Source of the DNA: an uncultured bacterium
GTDB taxonomy: Bacteria > UBP7 > UBA6624
Reading direction: 5' to 3'
Assembly: GCA_964507645.1 (NCBI GenBank)
Contig: CAZDPU010000001.1
Coordinates: forward strand, 61,313 to 125,312
DNA: 64,000 nucleotides
A program made the translations under genes and the position numbers. Under the pieces are notes generated by a model. It searched no databases, was not told where the DNA came from, and saw nothing but the letters and a program-made list of their open reading frames with translations. Below are positions 56,271-64,000 of this stretch, piece by piece (the stretch's first letter is position 1; each line of letters opens with the position of its first letter).

Positions 56271-57861
56271 AAATACTTTTTTTCCTAATTTTTTTATGAT
56301 GATTTAATGCAACCCTATGAGCGTCATTTCTCACTCTTATCAATAGGTTATGTCCTGGAGAATTTTTTTTCATCTTGATTTCCTGGAATGTTTCCCCACT
56401 GTAGATTTTTTCAAATTTTTTAGCAATGCTGATTACGGGTATATTCAAAAAGCATTTTTCAAGAATTTTTTTAGCTGCTTTTAGCTGGGTTAACCCTCCA
56501 TCAATAAGAATTAAATCTGGTTGAATTTCACCTTTTATAATTTTTTTGCATCGTCTTGAGATCACTTCAGCAATCATTTTTGGATCATCTATATTCTTAA
56601 CAGATTTAATTTTATAGTTTCTTGTTAATTTTTTTTCGTAGTTTCCATTTTTATAGCAAACCTGACTTCCAACTGCATTTTCACCCATTAGATTAGAAAT
56701 GTCAAAACCTTCAATTATTTCAGGGTTGTAGCCAAGATTTAATTTTTTTTCCAACTCTTTCAAAGCTTCTTTTTCTACAGGATTTTCATTATTTTTTTTA
56801 ATGAGTATATTTTTATAGGATTCATTCATTTTTGTTTTTTCCCATTTGAAGAAAGGAGGTCTTATTTTTGTTTTTGAAAAAAATATTGATCGTTCAAAAA
56901 GATCATCTTTTTCCCTTTTGAAAGGAATGATGATTTTTTTTGGGATTTTGTTTTTTAAATAGTGTTGTTCCATGACTTTAAGTAAAACATTTTTACGATT
57001 TTCAAAAATTAGATTTTTGATTTTGTAAATTAATGGATTGAAAAATTTTCCGTTTCTTATTTTTGTAATGCTGAATATAGTTTCTGAATCTTTTGAAACC
57101 AATGAAACCAAATCAGTATTTATATTTGTCTTTGTGGTGTCTTTTTTTGATTTTATGATTGATTTCAAACTTATTATTTTGTCTCTGTATTGCGCAGCTA
57201 GTTCGTAATTTTTCAATTTTGAGGATTTTTTCATTTGTAATTCAAGTATTTCAAAGATATTGTTTTTTTCCCCATTTATGAATTTAATTGCAGATTTAAC
57301 TATGTTTTTATAGGCGTTTTTATCTATCTTTTTCTCACAAGGAGCTGGACACTGTTTCATCTGGTAATAGATGCATGATTTTATTTTTTGTTTTTCCAAA
57401 TCGTATCTACAAGGTCTTATTCCAAAGTTTTTTTCTAAAAATGAAATAGTTTTTTTGACTGATTTTGAATCAGAAAAAGGTCCAATATATTCTCCATCAT
57501 CTCTTGATGCTCTAGAGAATTTTAGATATGGATATGAATCTTCTACTATCTTGATGTACGGATAACTCTTGTCATCTTTTAAAAGAACATTGAATTTAGG
57601 TTTGTATATTTTTATTTCTTCTGATTCAAGAATGAGCGCAGAGTTTTCATTATTTGTAACTGTAAATTCAATTTCCTTTATTAAAGATTTCATCAAATTT
57701 CCTTTTTTGTCTTTTCTCTTTTTTGAGGAAAGCCAATTGGATATCCTTTTTTTTAGATTTTTTGATTTCCCTATATATATGATTTTTTTATCTTTTGAAA
57801 TAAACTTATAAACCCCAGGAAGATTTGGGATTTTTAATTTTTTCAAGCCTTCTTCAATCAT
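56263..57861 (-). CDS. uvrC: Excinuclease ABC subunit C, lacking C-terminal (HhH)2
   Basis: GIY-YIG (GVYKFISKDKKIIYIGKSKNLKKRI), UvrBC-interaction region, C-terminal endonuclease V/RNaseH-like domain (LILIDGGLTQL ... RNDAHRVALNHHKK). Protein ends right after the HRxxxxxHRKK motif. Confidence 0.85.
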   Translation of the reverse strand: MIEEGLKKLKIPNLPGVYKFISKDKKIIYIGKSKNLKKRISNWLSSKKRKDKKGNLMKSLIKEIEFTVTNNENSALILESEEIKIYKPKFNVLLKDDKSYPYIKIVEDSYPYLKFSRASRDDGEYIGPFSDSKSVKKTISFLEKNFGIRPCRYDLEKQKIKSCIYYQMKQCPAPCEKKIDKNAYKNIVKSAIKFINGEKNNIFEILELQMKKSSKLKNYELAAQYRDKIISLKSIIKSKKDTTKTNINTDLVSLVSKDSETIFSITKIRNGKFFNPLIYKIKNLIFENRKNVLLKVMEQHYLKNKIPKKIIIPFKREKDDLFERSIFFSKTKIRPPFFKWEKTKMNESYKNILIKKNNENPVEKEALKELEKKLNLGYNPEIIEGFDISNLMGENAVGSQVCYKNGNYEKKLTRNYKIKSVKNIDDPKMIAEVISRRCKKIIKGEIQPDLILIDGGLTQLKAAKKILEKCFLNIPVISIAKKFEKIYSGETFQEIKMKKNSPGHNLLIRVRNDAHRVALNHHKKIRKKSIFN

Positions 57862-60667
57862 TGAAACCTTGCCATTTTTTTATTTCTTTTGCTGTTGATG
57901 TTTTCGTTTTTATTAATTCAGACACCTTTCCTTCGAAAATTATTTTTCCACCTTCCCTTCCTCCCTTCTCTCCCATTTCGATAATCCAGTCTGCGTATGA
58001 TAAAACTTGTAAATTATGTTCTATTACCATTAGTGTATTTCCTTGTTTTATTAGTTCATCGAATACATTGGTTAATTTTTTTATATCATCTGGATGAAGC
58101 CCTGTTGTCGGTTCGTCCAGCAATATTAAAGACTTTCCTTTTCTGCTTTTTCCAAGATGTTTAGAAAGTTTTAATCTTTGAGCTTCCCCTCCAGAAAGGG
58201 TTGTTGCTGGTTGTCCAAGAGAAATGTAACCAAGCCCAACTTTTGAAAGAACTTCAAGCCTCCTTTTAAGTGGGGGAAAATTGTCAAAAAAACTTACTGA
58301 TTCATCAACTGAGAGATTCAATATTTGAGATATATTTAAACCTTTGTATTTTATTGATAGTGCCTCTTGTCCATATCTTTGACCTTCACATAATGGACAC
58401 TTGATGGATACGTCTGCTAAAAAATGCATTTCTACTTCTTTATATCCACTTCCATTACAGGACTCGCATCTCCCTCCAGGAACATTGAATGAAAAAAATC
58501 CAGCTGTGTAACCTTCACTTTGAGATTCTGGAGTTTTTGAAAGTATGTTTCTTATTATTGTGAATATGTCCGTATATGTTGCTGGATTGCTTCTCGGTGT
58601 TCTCCCAATTGGAGATTGGTCTATGAGCTCAATTTTTTCATAGTTATTTATTCCGACGATCTCATCAGCAATTTCTTTTGAAAGTTTTCTATGATTTTTG
58701 ATTTCTTTGTATCCGTTATTTATAACACCTTCAAGAAGGCTGCTTTTTCCAGACCCTGATGGTCCACATAGGACAGTTAGGCCTTTAGAGGGTATTGATG
58801 TAGATATGTTTTTTAAATTATTAACTTTTGCCCGTTTTACTTTTATTCCCTCTTTTAGCGTTCTTTCTTCTTTTTTTATTGAAAACTTTTTATCCAGCCA
58901 TGGCCCTATTAAACTTTTCTTGTTTTTCATTGATAGTTTTGGAGAACCTTCATAAATTACCTCTCCCCCTAAATGCCCTGCTCCGGGACCTATTTCAATT
59001 AGGTGGTCAGATTCTTTGATAGTTTCAGGATCATGTTCAACAACAACAACCGTGTTGTTTAGTTTTACTAATGAGTTTAATGACTTTATAAGTTTTTTTG
59101 TATCTATTGGATGTAGGCCAATTGTTGGTTCATCTAAGACATAAAGAACACCGGACATTTTTCCTCCAATTTGTTTTGCAAGTTTTATTCTTTTTGACTC
59201 TCCGCCAGAAAGAGTAGATGCGAGTCTGTCTATTTCAAGATACCCAACACCCACTTCAATTAAAAACTTAAGTCTATTTTTAACCTCTCTCAATATGGGT
59301 GTAGCAATTTTTTTTTCATTTTTTGAAATTTTTACCTTTTTTGTCCATTTGTATAAATCCTCTAGAGACATTCCGGATATTTCAGAAAATTTTTTTCCAG
59401 AAAATCTTGCGGCTAAAGCTTCAGGTTTGAGGCGTTTTCCTTTACATCCTGGACATGTTTTTTGAGAGATGTATTTTTGTATTCTTTTTTTTATGCTTGG
59501 GCTTTTTGTATTAGACATTTTTTTCCACAATGCCGAAGAGATTCCTTTTACTCGATGGTTGAAATGGTATTTTCTTCCTCTTCTTGATCTCATTATGTAT
59601 GAAATTTTTTCTTCACCAGATCCATAAACAATTATGTCTAAAATTATTTTTTTAAGGTTTTTTAAAGGTAATGAAGTGTCTTCTCCGAATGATTCGATAA
59701 TCCCCCTTGCTGATGCTTGATGCCATCTGTCAAGCAGTCTTTCTTTTAGAGGTCTAATTGCACCTTGGATTAAGCTCTTGTCCCAATCTATTAGTGCATT
59801 TATATCAACTTGTTCAATAACCCCTATACCCTTGCATTTCTTACAAGCTCCTTCTGGAGAGTTGAATGAAAAAAACCTTGGATCCAAGGTTGGTATTGTT
59901 TTTCCTGTTTTTGGAGATACAAATAATTCACTGTAAATTTCTTGTTTTTTTGTTTTTTGATTCTCTACAATAATTTGGCCTTTTCCTTTTTCTAAAGCTG
60001 TTTTTACAGATCTTGAGATTCTTGCTGGATCTCCTCCAGATATCAACCTGTCTATAACCAAATCGATATCATGTCTTTTATTTTTATCTAAATTTATTTT
60101 TTCGTCTAGCCTGTATATGGATTTATCAATTCTCAATCTCGAATAACCTTCAGTCCTTAGTGCTGTTATTAGGTTTCTGAATTCTCCTTTTTTACTTTTT
60201 TCTATTGGTGCATAAATTATGTATTTTGTTCCATTTTCATAATCCAATAGTTTTTTTATTATTGATTCTGAATTTTGAGAAATAGCTTTTTTGTTTGATT
60301 CTGGACAATAAGGAATGCCTGCTCTTCCATAAAGAAGTCTTAAGAAATCTAGCAATTCCGTTGCTGTTCCAACTGTAGATCTTGGATTTTTTGACAAAGG
60401 GCTTTGGTTTATTGCTATTGCTGGGGATATCCCTTCTATGCTATCTACATTTGCCTTTTTTATATCTCCTAGGAATTGCCTAGCATAAGTTGAGAGGCTG
60501 TCAAGATAAAGCCTTCTTCCTTCTGAATAAAGGGTATCAAACGCTAAAGATGATTTTCCAGATCCGCTTAATCCTGATACAACTGTAAATTTGTTCCCGG
60601 GTATTTCAACATCTATGTTTTTTAAATTGTGAATTTTTGCACCACGTATAAAAATATTTCTAGACAT
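57854..60667 (-). CDS. uvrA: Excinuclease ABC subunit A
   Basis: 937 aa; two ABC ATPase modules (GLSGSGKSSLAFDTLY; GPSGSGKSSL), signature LSGGE x2, Zn-finger Cys clusters. Confidence 0.95.
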   Translation of the reverse strand: MSRNIFIRGAKIHNLKNIDVEIPGNKFTVVSGLSGSGKSSLAFDTLYSEGRRLYLDSLSTYARQFLGDIKKANVDSIEGISPAIAINQSPLSKNPRSTVGTATELLDFLRLLYGRAGIPYCPESNKKAISQNSESIIKKLLDYENGTKYIIYAPIEKSKKGEFRNLITALRTEGYSRLRIDKSIYRLDEKINLDKNKRHDIDLVIDRLISGGDPARISRSVKTALEKGKGQIIVENQKTKKQEIYSELFVSPKTGKTIPTLDPRFFSFNSPEGACKKCKGIGVIEQVDINALIDWDKSLIQGAIRPLKERLLDRWHQASARGIIESFGEDTSLPLKNLKKIILDIIVYGSGEEKISYIMRSRRGRKYHFNHRVKGISSALWKKMSNTKSPSIKKRIQKYISQKTCPGCKGKRLKPEALAARFSGKKFSEISGMSLEDLYKWTKKVKISKNEKKIATPILREVKNRLKFLIEVGVGYLEIDRLASTLSGGESKRIKLAKQIGGKMSGVLYVLDEPTIGLHPIDTKKLIKSLNSLVKLNNTVVVVEHDPETIKESDHLIEIGPGAGHLGGEVIYEGSPKLSMKNKKSLIGPWLDKKFSIKKEERTLKEGIKVKRAKVNNLKNISTSIPSKGLTVLCGPSGSGKSSLLEGVINNGYKEIKNHRKLSKEIADEIVGINNYEKIELIDQSPIGRTPRSNPATYTDIFTIIRNILSKTPESQSEGYTAGFFSFNVPGGRCESCNGSGYKEVEMHFLADVSIKCPLCEGQRYGQEALSIKYKGLNISQILNLSVDESVSFFDNFPPLKRRLEVLSKVGLGYISLGQPATTLSGGEAQRLKLSKHLGKSRKGKSLILLDEPTTGLHPDDIKKLTNVFDELIKQGNTLMVIEHNLQVLSYADWIIEMGEKGGREGGKIIFEGKVSELIKTKTSTAKEIKKWQGFND

Positions 60668-60701
60668 AATAAATAAAGGTATTTATTTTAAAGGTTGTTT
60701 T

Positions 60702-61490
60702 TTATTCTTTTGGAGAAATAAAAGCTAGGGGTATTAATTCTTTTTTTGAACTCCATGCACCTATTTCTTTTCCGTTGTGTTTAAAATAAAATTCTTCTAT
60801 TCCTGGGTAAGAATCATCTCGTAAAGTGAAATTTAATGTTGATATTTTCCCACCATTTTTTTCAATGTTTTTATTCGGAAATAAAATGATTGTTATTTTT
60901 CCAAGTGAGGAATTGTCTGTGATGGCGTACCAGTTATTGTGATTATTTTTTTCAATCCCATTGAAGACAATATTTTCCAAAATCATTTTTTCAGAAGGGT
61001 AGTTGATTTGGATGCTTGCAAGGCCAAACGAATCTAGATTTATCGTTTTTAAAAAAACTTTATATTTTTCTCCAGATTTTTCTTTTTCTGGTTTTTGGTG
61101 CTCAAGAAAGAGTTTTTTATTCGTTAGATCTATTTCAGAGGTTTCTTCTTTATAGCCATCTGAGTCTTTTACTGTAACTTTTATGTTAACTTTTTCTGAA
61201 TCCTTATTCGCTTTCCATTTTATAAGAGGTGTATTTTTTCCTTCTAGTATTTCCGCCCCTATAACCTCCCATGAAAAAACCAATCTATCAAAGTCAGGAT
61301 CAGAAGCTATTGCTCTTGTTATGGCTTCTCCTTCAAAAGAAACAAAGCGAGGGGTTGTTTCCATCTTTTCAACAACTGGAGGTCTATTTTGTGTATTTGC
61401 TGCACTTGAAGGTATTCTTGCGCTTGTTGGTTGAGATCCGGAACAGGAGTTTATTGTTGAGAGCAAAATGAAAACCAAAATTCTCTTCAA
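60702..61490 (-). CDS. Putative lipoprotein with PKD-like Ig domain
   Basis: Signal + Cys (MKRILVFILLSTINSC). DPDFDRLVFSWEV PKD-type motif. Beta-rich C-terminal half; no enzymatic motifs. Confidence 0.5.
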   Translation of the reverse strand: MKRILVFILLSTINSCSGSQPTSARIPSSAANTQNRPPVVEKMETTPRFVSFEGEAITRAIASDPDFDRLVFSWEVIGAEILEGKNTPLIKWKANKDSEKVNIKVTVKDSDGYKEETSEIDLTNKKLFLEHQKPEKEKSGEKYKVFLKTINLDSFGLASIQINYPSEKMILENIVFNGIEKNNHNNWYAITDNSSLGKITIILFPNKNIEKNGGKISTLNFTLRDDSYPGIEEFYFKHNGKEIGAWSSKKELIPLAFISPKE

Positions 61491-62578
61491 GTGGTTTTCT
61501 CCTGTTTTTTAGAATCGTTTTCTTGGCTTTTTCCTTTTTTGATTAAATAATAAATAGCAAAAATAAAACCTAAAAGAACCCATGAAAAACTTAAGTTTTT
61601 ATTTTTTGATCCAAGTTCGTTTGGTCCAATTACTTCAAAAGTTACAGGAACAGAGTTAAGGTGAATTTTATTTGTTATATCCAATGTTTTCAAATCTGCT
61701 CCAAATATAAATGGAGCTTTTACTGTTGCCCAGACTTTATTGTTAACAACTCTTAGATTTGTTGGAGCCATGTCGAATTTTATTTTTCCAACAATTTCTC
61801 CACTTTCAGTTTCTGCAATATGAACAAACCTTGTTCTCATGTCTGCTGCTAAAACCAATTTGCTATCATCTGAGAAAGTGACTGCCCTTGGGGCATCTCC
61901 AACTGGTATAGAGAAGATAAGCTCATCCGCATTTTTGTCATATATTTGAACAGTATCGGTTTGAGTGAGCGCAAGAGCGATGTATTCTCCATTGGGGCTA
62001 ACTGCCATTGCTGCAGGTGAGTTTGAAAGAATTTTTTCTTTTTTTATAGTTTTTTCTTTTGTGTCAATCAAAAAAAGCATTGCTGTATTTGCCCTTGTTG
62101 CATAAAGGACATTGCCGTTGGGATGTATTTCGATATTATTAATCGTGTTCCCAACAGGTATTGAATCTATAAGAGTTCCTGAATCTACAGAAAATATACT
62201 TACGTCATTTGCTTGAAGTGTTTCTGGATTTGCTACAGTTGCATATATTATTTCACCTGAAGGAGGACTGGTTAAATGAAGAGGAAATCCTTTTGTTGGT
62301 ATTTCACTCTCAAGAGTGCCTATGTTTAAATCAACAACAGATATGACTCCTCCATGTTGATTTGCTATGAACCCTAAGCCTTTTTTAGGAAGTAATGTCA
62401 AGTCATTCAACCCTTCTCCTGCCATAAACCTATTGCTAACCTTTTCATCCAAGGTGTCCACTATTACAACTTCATCAGGCCTTTCGTTAACTAGGTATAA
62501 AAGAGTGCTTTCATTGTTTACTTTCCCACAAGAGCAAAGGAGCAATGAGGTAAGAAAAATTATCAATATTTTTTTCAT
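61487..62578 (-). CDS. YVTN-type beta-propeller repeat protein, N-terminal lipoprotein signal and C-terminal TM anchor
   Basis: MKKILIIFLTSLLLCSCG lipobox-like. Repeated ~40-aa blades with (Y/I)ATV...N...S(V/I)(I/F)D pattern. C-terminal hydrophobic WVLLGFIFAIYYLI then KKGK. 4-nt overlap with upstream gene. Confidence 0.6.
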   Translation of the reverse strand: MKKILIIFLTSLLLCSCGKVNNESTLLYLVNERPDEVVIVDTLDEKVSNRFMAGEGLNDLTLLPKKGLGFIANQHGGVISVVDLNIGTLESEIPTKGFPLHLTSPPSGEIIYATVANPETLQANDVSIFSVDSGTLIDSIPVGNTINNIEIHPNGNVLYATRANTAMLFLIDTKEKTIKKEKILSNSPAAMAVSPNGEYIALALTQTDTVQIYDKNADELIFSIPVGDAPRAVTFSDDSKLVLAADMRTRFVHIAETESGEIVGKIKFDMAPTNLRVVNNKVWATVKAPFIFGADLKTLDITNKIHLNSVPVTFEVIGPNELGSKNKNLSFSWVLLGFIFAIYYLIKKGKSQENDSKKQEKTT

Positions 62579-62579
62579 T

Positions 62580-63473
62580 TTATTTAGAACTCCCCCTAAT
62601 TTTAAAATAATTAAAACCAGTCCATGGGCTAGTTGGGTTTTTTTCTGTTATTTTTAGTACTAAAACACCTATTGCGATTATTAATATTGAAACTATTTGA
62701 GTTAAAGTCAATATTGAAAATCCAATTTCAGGATTCTCTAAGAGCTTCCAGTAGATTGGGTTATTCCTGAAAGGTTCTTCTATAACTGATCTTAATAATG
62801 AATACCATATAAGCCATTGACCTGTTAACCATCCTTCATGTTTTGATTGTCTTGTGCCAATCCAAAGTATTAAAAAAAGAATCAATCCAACCATCATTCC
62901 ATAAACTTGGGAAAGGTGTACTGGACCTCTTGCAAGCTCCATTGAGCAATTTAAAATTGTTTCTTCTGGATTTGGACAAAAGCTAGAAAAGCCATATGCT
63001 TTTTCTGGCCATGTATAACCAATAGGCAAATTTGTTAATCTTCCTGCTGCATCATCGCCATTCATGAAATTTCCAATCCTTCCAAAAATTATTCCAATTG
63101 CTGAGGGGTAGGTTAGCAGGTCAAGAACCCTTGTTAACTTTATGTTTCTTTTTTTAGTCCAAAACCACCAGTATAAAATTCCAAAACCTATTGCTCCATG
63201 AAAAGAAAGCCCTCCTTTCCATATTTGTAGACTGTCTAGGAGATTGTCATATTTTGATAAATTGGTTAAAACATAGACAAGTCTTGCTCCAATTATCCCC
63301 CATACAACAGCCCAAAAAAGGCCATCTTCAAATTCTTTTTTATCAAGGCCAGCCTTTTTGTTATTTTCTATCCATTTAGCTGACCACCACCATGAAATAA
63401 AAACTGTTGAAGCCATGCAGATTCCATACCATCTAATTGAGAAATCTCCTATTGAAAAAAATTCTGGATTCAT
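62580..63473 (-). CDS. lgt: Prolipoprotein diacylglyceryl transferase
   Basis: 7-TM protein with Lgt signature region GRIGNFMNGDDAAG and conserved Y/W-rich N-terminus (FSIGDFSIRWYG). Confidence 0.8.
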   Translation of the reverse strand: MNPEFFSIGDFSIRWYGICMASTVFISWWWSAKWIENNKKAGLDKKEFEDGLFWAVVWGIIGARLVYVLTNLSKYDNLLDSLQIWKGGLSFHGAIGFGILYWWFWTKKRNIKLTRVLDLLTYPSAIGIIFGRIGNFMNGDDAAGRLTNLPIGYTWPEKAYGFSSFCPNPEETILNCSMELARGPVHLSQVYGMMVGLILFLILWIGTRQSKHEGWLTGQWLIWYSLLRSVIEEPFRNNPIYWKLLENPEIGFSILTLTQIVSILIIAIGVLVLKITEKNPTSPWTGFNYFKIRGSSK

Positions 63474-63541
63474 TTAGATGAAATTTTTTTTATCTCCAGG
63501 ATTCATGATTTGTCCAAACGTTTCAATTTTTATTTTTTTTC

Positions 63542-64000
63542 TCACAAGTCAACCATCCATCCTTTTTTTCCTGCTGATGTATTTGGATCTTGATGTACCC
63601 AGTTCAATTGTTCCATTATCATCATCATCCTAGAGGCTTTATTGTATCCAATTCCAAAAATTCTTTGAAGCTGACTAACGCTAATTGCATCTTCATCTTT
63701 TATCCTTTGCCTTATGTCAGCTATCAATTTACGATCGGTGCTTGAAAGGCCTTCTAAAACATCATCACTTATTTCATCTATTGGAGTGATTACTTCCTCT
63801 TCAACAGATTCATCATATTTTGCTTCTCCATAATTTTTTATAAGATAGCTTAATACATTTTCTATTTCTTCTGTTTCTACTAAAGGCGCTTGGCATCTTA
63901 TTAGGTCAGGATGTGTTGGACTGTCAAAATACAAATCCCCTCTTCCTAGAAGATTTTCAGCCCCTCCTCTTCCAAAGACAGTAATTGAGTCTGATCTTGT
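63542..64000 (-). CDS. ftsK: DNA translocase FtsK, C-terminal part (motor end + gamma winged-helix), 5'-truncated by window edge
   Basis: In-frame translation continues to the window end (…TRSDSITVFGRGGAENLLGRGDLYFDSPTHP…) matching the end of the FtsK motor. Gamma domain ISVSQLQRIFGIGYNKASRMMMIMEQLNWV matches the KOPS-reading winged helix. The 63934 start in the ORF track is an internal TTG. Confidence 0.8.
   Translation of the reverse strand, partial: TRSDSITVFGRGGAENLLGRGDLYFDSPTHPDLIRCQAPLVETEEIENVLSYLIKNYGEAKYDESVEEEVITPIDEISDDVLEGLSSTDRKLIADIRQRIKDEDAISVSQLQRIFGIGYNKASRMMMIMEQLNWVHQDPNTSAGKKGWMVDL

Overview
The window is a densely packed stretch (~95% coding, many 1-35 nt gene overlaps, no intergenic gap above ~90 bp) of a low-GC (~30%) bacterial chromosome using standard code 11. 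The compact gene arrangement suggests a streamlined, probably marine uncultured, bacterium. I found no tRNA or rRNA genes, CRISPR arrays, transposases, integrases or recognisable defence islands.

The first 8.2 kb is the 3' part of one giant gene (more than 2744 aa) for an Asp/Asn/Gly/Thr-rich extracellular protein. It carries BNR/Asp-box modules (SxDxGxTW) at both ends and at least eight PKD-like Ig repeats (SWDPDGDPL, WDCGDGS). Its GC content is clearly higher than the rest of the window.

The remaining ~56 kb encodes ordinary core functions:
- Lipid and cofactor metabolism: gpsA-plsY, thiL, acyl-CoA dehydrogenase.
- tRNA modification and translation: tsaE-tsaB, glyQS, alaS-ruvX, a CCA-adding enzyme, and an rpsT gene with a lysine/alanine-rich tandem-repeat tail.
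- Nucleotide and amino-acid metabolism: tryptophanase, M24 peptidase, H+-pyrophosphatase, pyrB-carA, rdgB, rfbB, ahcY.
- Stringent response and secretion: the dtd-relA-recJ-secFD block.
- Repair and replication: a PolX, uvrC-uvrA, lgt and a 5'-truncated ftsK.
- Cell-wall recycling: GH20 hexosaminidase, anmK and murQ.
- Channels: a CLC channel, MscS, a CaCA exchanger, and an RCK-gated 2TM channel.

The most unusual items:
- the giant BNR/PKD protein;
- the rpsT KA-repeat tail;
- a DUF1858-IscA fusion translationally coupled to a 7Fe ferredoxin;
- a tightly coupled operon of a stand-alone SNF2 ATPase (long uncharacterised C-terminal extension), a YpdA-like flavoprotein and a GT-C-like membrane protein;
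- a PolX whose polymerase aspartates appear substituted;
- an RCK K+ channel with a non-canonical selectivity filter (TVGNVAG).

None of these constitutes a demonstrable new system from sequence alone. Each is stated as a hypothesis with a way to check it.
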